NCBI GenBank assembly: GCA_051362555.1
Contig: CM120640.1
Location: 7,688,001 to 7,752,000, forward strand
Origin: Lingula anatina
Taxonomy: Eukaryota > Animalia > Brachiopoda
DNA: 64,000 nucleotides
Direction of reading: 5' to 3'
Part shown: one piece after another, positions 13,801-26,500 of the stretch
How positions within the stretch are numbered: the first letter of the stretch is position 1
Layout: every line of letters starts with the position of its first letter
Translations under genes and position numbers: made by a program
Notes under the pieces: generated by a model
What the model saw: the letters and a program-made list of their open reading frames with translations, nothing else
Told to the model about the DNA's origin: nothing
The model's database searches: none

Positions 13801-16800
13801 GGGTTTCGCCGGAGTTTTTTGAATTCATACAAAAGCTTTTCGGTCCCTTTACAGTAGTACAGTAGGTTCGCTAACTCACAAAACACAAAACTCAAACGGT
13901 TCAATTCAAAATTTTGGAACCCAGGCTCCAAAATGTAGGCGTTTTGTGCAAGTAGTAGAAATGGATTATATTATTTTCGAATCAGCGGATCTAAAATAAA
14001 CGCGCAATATATTCGTATTTATAGCCTGTTTGACTGCATTTAAACTAAGACGCAAGTGAAGATAATGTGTGTTTGATTGACGGGGCTGGTTTAGAGATGA
14101 GCTGCATACCTTGTTGGTATTTATACCTAGGCTTTCACAAGCTATATTATCCCATATCATTCGGATAATGTTCAAGTGATGTTTTGCTACTGGATGACAA
14201 CTTACATGTAGCATCCCAATTGTATTGCTTTAGGAGCGTACAGTGAAGGGAATATCATGAAATCCCAGTGATCTGACCAAAGTAAATTTGAGGGACTAAT
14301 GGTAGAGGAAAGATCCAGTAAAACTACGTAGTATAAGTATGCATACCAATGCAATTTACTGTTACACAACGCCGTTCTCCCTTGGGCAAAATTAAAGGCT
14401 AACATCCCCGTTTCAATTTACCACTTCAAGGGAAAGATTCAGAACAGCGCCAAAACTAATTAGAGCTTTTAAGCAGATTGTTGGAAGATTGTGTTAATTC
14501 GTTACATCTAAGCTTTGTCAGGGATTAATTTTTGGTTGGGGTTATGGTTTATGTTTAGTTTAGTTTAGTTTACTTCACTGTAACATATGCATCCACTTGT
14601 GTGGATGAAAATGACAATATGAATACAATTTATGTGTCGATTATAATTGGAATGCCTTTGATAATTTTATAACCAAGACGTATGGAATAAAATACTGTAA
14701 TTTTCTATGTTTTATAATTATGTGTGAGGACTCGCACCAGACACGGGCATTTAATTTTGGTTGGTCCTTACGGGCTTGCATTCGACCGGCGGCAGAGTTG
14801 TGAATCAATCTACAGTATATTATTTTCAGTTTATATAAAAGTTACCTAAGTCCCGCATAACGCTATCTAAAAAATTGGTCACTTTATGACCTTTTAAAGC
14901 ACCGCTACAGATGTAGACACTCCAACCCAATTAAGTTCGATGTGAGAAAACTTTCCAACAAAAAGTGACATATAAAAACGTTATGCAAAACGTGAGCGGT
15001 TGGGATAAGTTAATTTACGCTCTCATTTTTCATATGAAAAAAAAATGAATATTTATTACAAGAGTTCAGGGTGGGAAGGGGGCATAAGGGCATAGCAACT
15101 AAATTATGTTATGAAATAACGATTTGAAATTTAAAAAAAGTCAAGTTGAACCTTTCTACTGATATACTTTATCATGGTTCGGTTAAGAAGATATATACCC
15201 CCCTGCCCACACTTATTTCAACCTGTAAGATTGGAAAGTCGGTAGTCTGGCTCGGGCAATAAAATCTTACTATCTCCACTTCTGGTTTCAATCAAGCGCG
15301 TTCAGAGCTTCAGAGCTTAGGACAAACATATTGCTCCTCGGGCCAGGAAATCTGGAGAGGGGGAGTAGAGGAACATGTCTTCTCAATATGGAAATCTATA
15401 TATTTTTGGTAATTTCCTTTGTAACATTTACGAACACTGTAAAATACACTTTCTCAAATTAATATAATGTTCACACATTTCTGTAAATATCCTGAATTGA
15501 AATACTAATTTTAAATGTCAGATTTATGACGAGGGAGAGAGAGGTCAAGACATTCTGTAAATGTCCCGAACTAGGGGAGAGTGTTATAAACTAAACACAT
15601 CTTGGCAATAACCCGTAGCCAGTTAGACTGCTGAGTGGTCAACATTATTGTTTATATTTTTATTAATATCAAACAATTTTACTGTTTGCAGGTATACCTG
15701 TTTGGAACCTGTACTCTGCGCCATATAATAGCAATGGTGCAAAGTAGTGATATTGTAAAATCCTGCAATAAAATTTTCTTCAAATATTAAATTTTATTAA
15801 ATGGTTGAATACAACATTAGTAATAGAACAGTAATAGAATTCAGTATAATGATACTGAATTGTTGTAAAGACATATAGGAAGCAGGGTTACCATATATGC
15901 TCTGAAGAGAGAGGGAAATTTCTCGAGTTTGTTCACTGTCCTGTGAAGCCATATTTTGTAGCCTGAGATGCCGTATCCGTTACTTCGTGACCTGAAGCAC
16001 GTCTGGGCGCTCTTTTCATCTTTCAATTCTTCCACATTAATCAAGATACGGAGTATCAATTACAAGTGCCCGGGGAGGGGGGGGGGGGGGAAGAGGGAGC
16101 ATGAAGGGAATAAATAACTATAAGTAGTATCCTTGCGACACAAGGTTACTCTCCATTTTTTATCTTTCCATTTATGCTGTGAAATAATAGTCAGGTAGTC
16201 CGTTGATCTTGCGAATCAACCAAATGACCGTTAGTTGAGTTGCTTAACTGCAAGTAATTAATCTCCTCCCCTCCCCCGAAAGTCATACTGGCAGGTTTCC
16301 AAATGAAGACTATACCGCAGAAAAAGTTTGGGGCCCAAAAGAGAGTCAGCCAAGGACACGTTTGGGGAACACGTTAGAACACGTCATGATGGACATTTAC
16401 AGGTGTAGGACCAGAACAGAGCCTCTGGTAAACAGTTAAGAACCAAGGGACCGAACTTGATTTGAGGACCAGAAGAGAGGCTTTACAATTGTCTGTATTT
16501 TGGCCTTTTCTTTTTCAGAGAAGCGAATCCCATACGTTCATCAAAGATATATTTGAATTTAAAGACGCTTCACATATTTATATACAGGGCAACAACAAAC
16601 ATTCTATTTTTAATTCAAATTTCAAATCTGCAGTCCTTGTTGTAAAATTAGACGCTTCTTCTTACTAAATCTGAAGAATGTATATTTGTGTCTAAACATG
16701 TATAAATAATGTGAGAAATAAAACTAGTATACAGGGCTTTATATTCGAAATTACGGATTTGTTTTAGTAAACAATGATTCGGACGCTTTTGCACATCGCA

Positions 16801-17614
16801 TTATAAGTCAAGTTTATAATAAAATTAGATTCTTAAGAATAAATCAATAAATAAATCAAAATAAAAAAAATAAATAAAGATACATGCATATTAATTCATA
16901 CGTAGTAAAAAAAAAATTTCATCAAAAATATATATTTAACGGTACGTTGATTGAAGTGAGGAGTAGAGTAAGTCATTCGTAAATTAAGTCGAACTAATTT
17001 CAGAGACAGAGAGAGAAAGTGAATAGAGAGAGAGAAAGAGAGAGAGAGAGACAGAGAGAAAACGAGAGAGAGATCGTTCAGTTGATAGATTAATTGTGAT
17101 CATTATGCATTGCAGTTGAAGAAGGCCTGGTGCATAAAATTAAATCGACAAACAGAATTAATAATAATAACAATAATTATAATAGAAATTAGATCTATAA
17201 TTAATTAATTATAATAATTATAATAGAAAATAGATCTAATTTAAAGAAAGAGCGAAAGAAAAAATTTTATCAAATAAGTCGTTCGCATTCATTATGCATT
17301 GCAGTTGAAGAAGGCCTGGTGCATACAATTAAATCGACAAACAGAAAAACAATAATAATAATAATAATAAATTTATTTTTAGAATTTTTTCTTTGCTTAT
17401 CAAAACTCATATGCTTTGCATAATTACATTCTGTTGCTTGTTATGCTGAGTTGAGGAAGTCCTAGTACAACAAGTTAAGTCGATCTAATTCAAAGAAAAA
17501 AAATCGTTTGCATTCAATATGCATTGCAGTTGAGGAAGGCCTGGTGCATATAATTAAATCGACAAACAGATATATTTAAAAAAAATCCAAATAAGTGAAT
17601 TATATTTTATATTT

Positions 17615-17689
<75 letters not shown>

Positions 17690-20600
17690 TATCTGTTGCT
17701 TAATGCATGAAGTTTTAGTCCTCATAAATTAAGTTAAAGTCGATCTAATTTGAAGAATGCGTAAGAGATTTTAAGGAAAATAACTGAAACGTTGAAATAT
17801 ATGTCACAGCAATTTGAACTCGGAAGAAGAGAAAATTTTAGTAGAAAATGAATGAAAGAATGAAATTAAGACGAAGCGATAAAGAAAGAGAGAGTGAAGA
17901 GTTTACGAGTGAAAGAGAATTCTTGTGAAAAGGAACTTTTATCGGAGAAGACGATTTCAGTTATGATAAATATAACAGAGTACGAGAGAGTAATAAAATT
18001 ATTAAAGGGTTTTTGATCTGTGTAGAATAGAGAGAGAAAGAGAATGAAAGTATGACGAAGCGATTAAGAAAGAGAGAGTAAAAAAAATAATTTACGAGTG
18101 AAAGAAAATTCTTGTGAGAAGTAATCTTTATCGGAGAAGACGATTCAGTTATGATTAATATAACAGAGTGCGGGAGAGTAATAAAATTATTAAAGGGTTT
18201 TTGATCTGTGTAGAATAGAGAGAGAAAGAGAATGAAAGTATGACGAAGCGATTAAGAAAGAGAGAGTAAAAAAAAATAATTTACGAGTGAAAGAAAATTC
18301 TTGTGAGAAGTAATCTTTATCGGAGAAGACGATTCAGTTATGATTAATATAACAGAGTGCGGGAGAGTAATAAAATTATTAAAGGGTTTTTGATCTGTGT
18401 AGAATAGAGAGAGAAAGAGAATGAAAGTATGACGAAGCGATTAAGAAAGAGAGAGTAAAAAAAATAATAAATAAATAAATTTAAAAAAAAATTACCAGCG
18501 AAAGAAAATTCTTGTGAGAAGTAATCTTTATCGGAGAAGACGATTCAGTTGTTTAATATAACAGAGTGCGAGAGAGTAATAAAATTATTAAAGGGTTTTT
18601 TAGATCTGTGTCGAATAAACTTTTTTGATCTAGTGATTATAGAAGTTTTTAATCTATTTTAGAAATAGTTGGGCTGAATTATATATATTATTGTATTTTT
18701 TTTATAATAATATATTCATACTGATAATCATAAAAAATATAAAAATAAGTAAATAGTGAATCATTAAGTCAAGCTTTTAGATAAGTAAAAGAAGAATAGA
18801 CAGATTAAAAAGAAGCTATACATAGATTTTTATTTCCGGTGTTTTTATACGTTTTTCAGATATTTTTTCTATCGGAAGATGGAAAGATCAACCATCAGAA
18901 CAAGACGAAGTCTTAAAAGAACTCGAAAAATCTTTACAGGAATACTGCTTAAAGTCAAAATCAAATAACACTGTTTCAAATTATAAATATGCATTCAATA
19001 AATTTAGTTCTTGGTGCAATAGCTTCAGCTCAAAACTTTCATCCTTACCAGCTTCAGAAAAGCACGTGTCCATGTATTTTATTTATTTAGCCAAATCTGG
19101 AAATTCGGCAGCAACCCTTAACGGAGCTTTTTACGCTATTAAATGGGCTCATAACTTAGCCGGCTTCTCAGATCCTACCGATTCCTTCCTTACGAAAAGC
19201 GTTAAAGAAGGAACTTTTAGAGAAGTCTCTATCACAGCAACGAAAAAAGAACCTATTTTACCAGAACATTTATCTATGTTAATAGATAAGTACGCAAACG
19301 AGCATTCCAACTTGGCAGATCTTCGTATTGCCTGTATGTGCGTATTAGGATATGCAGGTTTCCTTCGATTCTCCGAATTGTCAAACATTAGGAGCAAAGA
19401 CATTACGTTCTTTAATGATCACATGAACATTCATATAGAAAGAAGCAAAAGTGATGTATACAAAGCAGGGGCGGACATATGTATAGCAAAAACCTCTTCA
19501 AAGACATGCCCTGTAGCTCTTTTAAATAGGTACTTAAATTTAGCCGAAATTAAAGAAAATTCCGACATATTTATTTTCCAATCTGTGTATTTTTCCAAAA
19601 AAGAAAAGGTTTATAAGTTAAGAAAAGGAAACAATCCTTTATCATCCGGAAGAGCCAGAGAAATAATTTTGTCAGCTTTCCAGAGTATTGGATTGGATAA
19701 AAATAAATTCGGTTTACATAGTTTAAGATCAGGCGGGGCAACCGCAGCGGCAAATAGCGGAGTGCAAGAACGATTATTTAAGAAACACGGAAGATGGAAA
19801 TCGGAAAACGCTAAAGACGGTTATATAAAAGAGAACTTGAAAGAAAAGATGGTAGTTTGGCAATCAATCGGATTATAATAAACTTGTTTTTCGAAACTGT
19901 TAGTTGGATTGAATGTGTTTTCAGAAGGAATTATATATATTTAAAAAAAAAGATAATTAAATAAATAAATAAATAAATATTCACATTTTATTTTGACATA
20001 TCATTCCGTTTGCATAGAATACAAGGATACACTCTTCTTTCTTTATCATCGAAATGAGCGCTTCCATACCTAACACTGTGTCTGTGTTTATACTATAAAT
20101 ATTTTATGTTCGTTTGAGTGTAACGAATTAGAACATAAATATATTTGTTGTGGGTACGCAGACACGTGACGTTTATGTGCGAACTGTTCAGTAAGGTCTA
20201 AGTAGTGTTAATATCATGTGACTGGTCACTTGAGTAGTGTTATCAAATAGAAGGTGATGAGGAAAAGTAGATTTTAGAGTTAGGTCATTCGAAGGCTCTT
20301 TCGCATTCCGTGAAGATGGCAGAGAATATATATAATTCCCTCCCACCCTCCCAATTTGAAGGAGTTTTACTTTATAAATTAAAAAAAAAGTGTGTTAAGC
20401 TTGTTTGTTTGAATAAATATATTTAATAAATAAATACGAGATATAATAAGTAAAGATTAGAAAGAATAGAGAAATTAGTTTTAGTCTTAGTTCAAGCTTT
20501 TCAGTGTTATACTTATTTCATAACAGAACGTTTTAATTTTTTAGCTCGGATCCTGGTACGGCAGAAGACAAAGCAAGATGGAGTTAAAAAAAAAAAAAAA

Positions 20601-23475
20601 CTCAAGAACTGATCATTATCATTATTATTTTATTACACTTTTAAAAGACTTGTTTTACATATATTTGTTTTAAACACTTTGTTCAAAGTTTGGTTCGTTA
20701 AAATAATAATAATAATAGCAAGGATATAATTATGGTTTTCAATGTTCACCAACGACTGAATTTATGGCAATTCAAACGGAAATAAAGCACACGGAACGAA
20801 ATGAGCGCTTCCATACCTAACACTGTGTCTGTGTTTATACTATAAATATTTTATGTTCGTTTGAGTGTAACGAATTAGAACATAAGTATAAATATTCACT
20901 CGGTCCCTCAATGTTCGGTGTCAAGGTATCTCCAACTCCATCCCACTTTTATTAAACCGTTTCAGTGACTTACAAAAAAAAAAATGTTTGATAAATGCGC
21001 AGTGGTGGCAAAATGCACATTACGCTTTTCTTATTTGCAAAATGCAGCTTTACTATAAGTGCTGCGTTTTCCTGATTTTGCAACCAACCGCGCTTTGCAA
21101 CAAGGGTTATCTACCCGAGAGGGCAAAAGAGTACATTTCTAATCTCGCCACCTTTTATTTGTCAAGTCTTTATGGGAAAGTCATTGTTTGATTTTGTTGT
21201 TTTAATTCATTGACTTCGGTGTGGTTTCTTATAATTACCTTTAAAGGATCTCCTCTGTTTCCCATCAACTTATCACCTGTTACGGTTAGAATCTTCCTTA
21301 GGGTACCTGAAAATACGTAAACGTTTTATGTGAGGACCCAACACGATGTACACGATGTCACGCCTTACACAGCGACTTTTTCCGTTCATTCAAAACAAAG
21401 ATAGGATTCCAAGATATTAAAATAAAACACAATGTTCACCTCATGTAGTTAGCTTTCTACTGGGACTGAGACTCGACTAAATTGTCTACTTTCTCAGCCC
21501 CCCCCCCCCCCAATCACCTTCTCATCTACAGTTTTTCTAAATGGTTTCGCATTAAAAACATTATGTCATAGCTATTGATAAAAATATATCTGGCATTATC
21601 CATGGTCTTCTTTTCGTTTTTAATCGTAACGTTTTAATGTCACATTTACACACTAACCGTGTTCATCCTTAAGGAGTGGAACACGGAATCCAAACACTCT
21701 ACCAACAATTGCACTCTCCTTGTAGACTACCTTGGATGAAACTGGATCCTTGGGAACGATATCTTCCAGTTGGAATAAATTGTTTCTACAGGACTCACAC
21801 CACAACCATGCTGTTGTGGCAAAAATAAATGTATAAATTATTAAATAAATAAATAATGTGAATTTCGTCACGTACTTAATTTACAATGTACTTTATATTC
21901 TCAACCTGGTGTTATTCTTTAAATACAATAAATATGATTTTAACATGTTGATACAATAGTGAAAATAAGAATTAGATCAAAATAATAGTTATTCATATTG
22001 CCATGATAAAAGTAAACAAACGGTTTATATTAGTAAAGAGGTAGTAAAAGTAGTTTCCATCCTATATGTACCTTTCAGGTGAGGTCCATGTAGTTCCTTG
22101 ACAAGCAAGCCGTAGAAATGACGGCCACCATTTTGGAAGCGCCTGGAATTCAAAGTGTTTCTTTCTACCTCTGTAGCATTACGATACAATGATTTGATAT
22201 CATAAGTAAAGCTGTTATATAACGTTTTCATCAGGGCATACACCTTAACAATTTCATGACTCGGACATTATGTTATATTATGTAGATGCTCTTTTCACGG
22301 GAGTGGGGTGCGTTCGCCTTTTCCACTGGAAAAAAGGAGTAGAATCTGGTGTCCCATTATTTATATCAATATAGAGTATATAAAAGAACTAACATACCAA
22401 CCAACGAGCCGCTTGCACCAGTCCCGGGGGCATCTGCATTCAACTGCCGTAAAACCAACAAACCAATCACTCTTTACCTGTAAAAATACATATGCCGATG
22501 ATGATATTGTTCAATATCTTATGCCCATAAACTTTTGCCAAAGAGTGCTGTGGTTAAAAATTTATCGAAAGCACGTTGTAAATATTTCATATTGCACACA
22601 CTAAGGATGCCAGGTTGTATTTAAATATATATATTGCTTCTCTAATGAAAATACCCAAACCTACTTTATTTTTCTTGCGGTACTCAGTGTCAGCATCTTC
22701 AACAGTTAGGAATACGTGGTAATCATCTACAATGAAATGAAATGAAATGATACACGATACCACTTCCAAAAAATGTTGAAATGACGACGTGCTCAATCAA
22801 AGACAAGAAAAAAAAAAACACTCGCCTTCATTACAGAAATGTAAATGAATTGTTATATGGTATTTTAATCCATATCGCCCGGAAAATAGACAACAGTGTT
22901 GTAACAGCTAACGGTTTCGATAATATACAACTAGATGTTTTCTGCTGGGTAGCCAACGAACGTCCCAACATACTATTCAAATGCATTCAATAACTTTCCA
23001 CTTGGAATGCACTTCGAAAGGCCGACCACAAGAGTGGGTAAAATATTTGAAATGCACTCGGATTTTTTTGATGCTCTTTGAATGTCCAGGAATGCACAAA
23101 GAATTGTCTTTCCTACGGCATTCTTGCTCATTCTGCCTCTAGTGTGACGGGGGTATTATAGCGCAGGTAACAAAGGACTCGAGGCCCTGATTTGAATCAA
23201 GGGGGGCTATAAAAAAAACTACCCTGAAAAATGGGCAACATTTACTAGAAATTAAAGGAACATGTGACGTTTCCTGTTCTTCATTTCCTGAGTTTAAAGT
23301 ACATAACACGAAAAAATAATGAAACCAATTTAATACCCTAGTCTCACTGGAGGCAGAATGAGCTACACACACTGGACAATAGAAGTGTCACCCCTACTGA
23401 ACCAATTCTTTTGGGGAGATAAATGACTGTGGAATGATATGCTCTTGGTATCATTTTATTAACATCATATTTCAC

Positions 23476-23517
<42 letters not shown>

Positions 23518-26500
23518 GAGTATAATATACATTCTACCAAGATATGCAGTTTCAAGTCCAAAATTAGGACTTAGTGGCATAGCCACGTGACCTAATAATA
23601 GCTGCCAGTTTGCGAGGCAAGGATTCATATAATTGTCTGATGCGTTCACGGCTTATGCTGGCCCAAGCATGAAACACTGAATCTAACAGAGTTTGTCTGC
23701 TGGTTGGACGGGCATTTGTCAAAAGTTTTGACATATCATTCCACACATTTTCTATTATGTTTGTATCCGGACTCTGGACAGGCCACATCACCCTGCGAAT
23801 GTCCTGTTGGTCAAACCAATCATCAACTGCTCTGGGTATGTGACAAAGAGCACTGTCATCCTGGTAAACAAATTGATAATTCCTGTCACCAAGGATGTTA
23901 GTAATAGATATCGATATATTTCTGGTGATTCATGTGTCCATCAACCACTACCAATTCACCCACACCATGGATGCTGATGCAGTCCCTCACCATGATGGAT
24001 ATGCTGCTCCGATAACAATTATTGAATGGCCATGGCATTTGAATAGTATTCTAACTGCACTATGACTGCATTCTAAATATTCTCACGGCATTCCGACTGT
24101 AACTGCCCGCGATATTTTTATTTATTTATTTTTATTTTTATTTGAGTTTGTTCTTTGTTTACTTATTATTCATGCGAAGTACATTTTCCGTTCTTTCTCT
24201 TTTGTCCTTCCTTGTTTTCTCTCTCTTTCTCTCTCTCTACAAATTATAACGTTACAGGCCACCGCACTTACGTAACCGCACCGTCACATGCCTGTACCAC
24301 ACCCTGCACTGAACAGTTTTCATTTCACAGCATATATAAGGCTTCCTCTGTATTTCTTTTTGCTCACTTCACTTTCGTACACAGAACGACACAGGGAATC
24401 TAACGACACTATCTAACGACACCATTTTAGCTCACCCAGTCGGAGAAAAGGGTAACTATTTCAACGATAACGTAAACTTCTCTGGCTTTGGGTATTCCAA
24501 CGTTTCTATCTATCCTTTTGATGATTCATGTTGATTCACCGTATAGACCTTGATAAAAATAAAAGTATATATATTGATGCACCTTGAAAGAGCTACATTA
24601 TAGTTGTTAAATACAATTCGAGCTTTCGGCCCCTGGGCCTTCTTCGGGGATTATTTAACAACTATAATGTAGATCTTTCAAGGTGCATCAATATATATAC
24701 TTTTATCTATCCTTTCATAACGATATTAGCACACTTGGTCGGGGATAAGGCAAATTATTTCAACGCTAACGTAAACTTCTCCAGCTTTGGGTCTTTGCAA
24801 CCTTTTCGTCTATCCTTTTTCTTACACTTTCGTATGTACTTCGTGTAAATTTGTAATCAATTTTAAGTTATTTTGTATTTTACTTTGTTTTCAGCATTTC
24901 TTTATTTTTCCCACACCCTTTATGTGATATGTTGGTATACAGGTCAGCAGGTTTTGTTTCTAGGTTGTAGGTTTGACCCGCCAATGGATGTCACTGGGGA
25001 GGTATGCTTACTCATTGGTATACTGTGGTATATGTATATGTCATGCTGTTTATTACCAGATTTACAAAATGTTTGTTATTAGAGAGCTTTCGCACCTGCA
25101 CGTTTAGGCGAACGACTACGTTTAGGTCATCATAATTTGCTGTCTAGTGACGTGTACACATACGGTTAGAGAGAACATTATCCGCAGCTAGATTGCTACC
25201 CGTCAATGAAAAACGGTTTGACAAATCAGCATAATTTCATGAAATGAAGCCTTTCAAAGTTGACCGTTTCTCTACTAAAATCGTATTGGACATTTTATTT
25301 TTGCAATATATGTGAAACATTTTGTCTCTGTTATTTGTGTGTATGTTTTTGTTACTATTGAAATATAGGTTATACCCGTAAAAAGGGCATTTTCCACTGA
25401 CCACAAGGTAGTCAGAACTGGCCTTCCGCACGCGTGACGGATTGTATTATAAGACTGTTAGGTCATCATCTTGTGAGCAGTTTTTACGAGTACACATGCC
25501 TTTATAAGTGGTCTATAGACTAGCCGTCTGCACTTGACGCGTAACAAGCAGGATATCCGTCAGGTAAGTGCCGTTTAGTAAGACAGTACTAGTAGCTCGA
25601 TTTTCTCCATAGTTGACAGGAGACATATCCCCTGACTTTTAATGCAAATTTTATGAAGCCTTGTTTCGAAAGTCACACGGCGTCCTGTTTTGTGTATTTG
25701 AATGAATCTGTACTCTGAAATTTTGGGATGAGAAATATTGATTAATATTAATTATATTAGTAACAAAACTGACGCTGCATTAATTGGTGACTCTGTTTTT
25801 TTAGCTTAAAATTGCGACAACATGCCGCCAACTAAGAAGCGCCGAACTGATTCATCAGCAGATTACGTCAGTTACCTGAAAGACAAGTTGGCCTTCGAGA
25901 AAGAACGCTTTGAATTAGAAAACAAAGAGCGAGAAAATAAAATTGGAAAAGACAAACACATGATGGAGATGGTTATATATATATGTCTTTGGTTAAAAAG
26001 AAAAACTGAATTGACATACTAGGCTCTTGCTGCCTACAACATACACATGGGATGGGTCTTTGTTAAATCTTTGTTTTTCTTCAAGATTTCATTTCAATAA
26101 AGTTTGCTTTCTGTATGAATTTTAGATTTTACTCTTTAATTTTTCATACGCACAATTTACACGTGTACAGTTCATGCTAAATAGTTCTCCAAGGTGGGAG
26201 GATCTAGTTGAAAGTGCCGACTGGTCTGATTGCCATACACACAGGTATGGCAGTTAACCAGAAGACCACCTACCAAGTAGTACTTAGCTACAGGAGACAA
26301 CAGAACTTTTAAATTCTTTCGAAAGCCCAGGAAGGCAAAGTTTCGCAATAAGTTTCCGAACTCCCACTCGACGCATTCCCGGACAGATGACATTCTCCTA
26401 TTGAATTCTTCTTCTTCGGCACTCAAATTTGCTCCTCTGAAGGGACTCAACAGATACCTTCTAATGGGTTAAGCCGGATCTCCACAAATTGCGTATGGTA

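Larger units (their letters stand above)
11602..20885 (+). mobile_element. Tyrosine-recombinase retrotransposon (DIRS order, Ngaro/PAT-type split direct repeats) in intron 11 of copy A
   Basis: A1 11602-11798 matches A2 20131-20327 (197 bp, 2 mismatches seen). B1 20050-20138 equals B2 20797-20885 (89 bp). Order is A1-gag-RT/RH-YR-B1-A2-B2. Absent from the equivalent intron of copy B. Confidence 0.92.

Noticed and set aside
17100-18620. CRISPR-like array
   Set aside because: Contiguous ~188-bp tandem units without unique spacers, inside a retrotransposon, with no cas genes.
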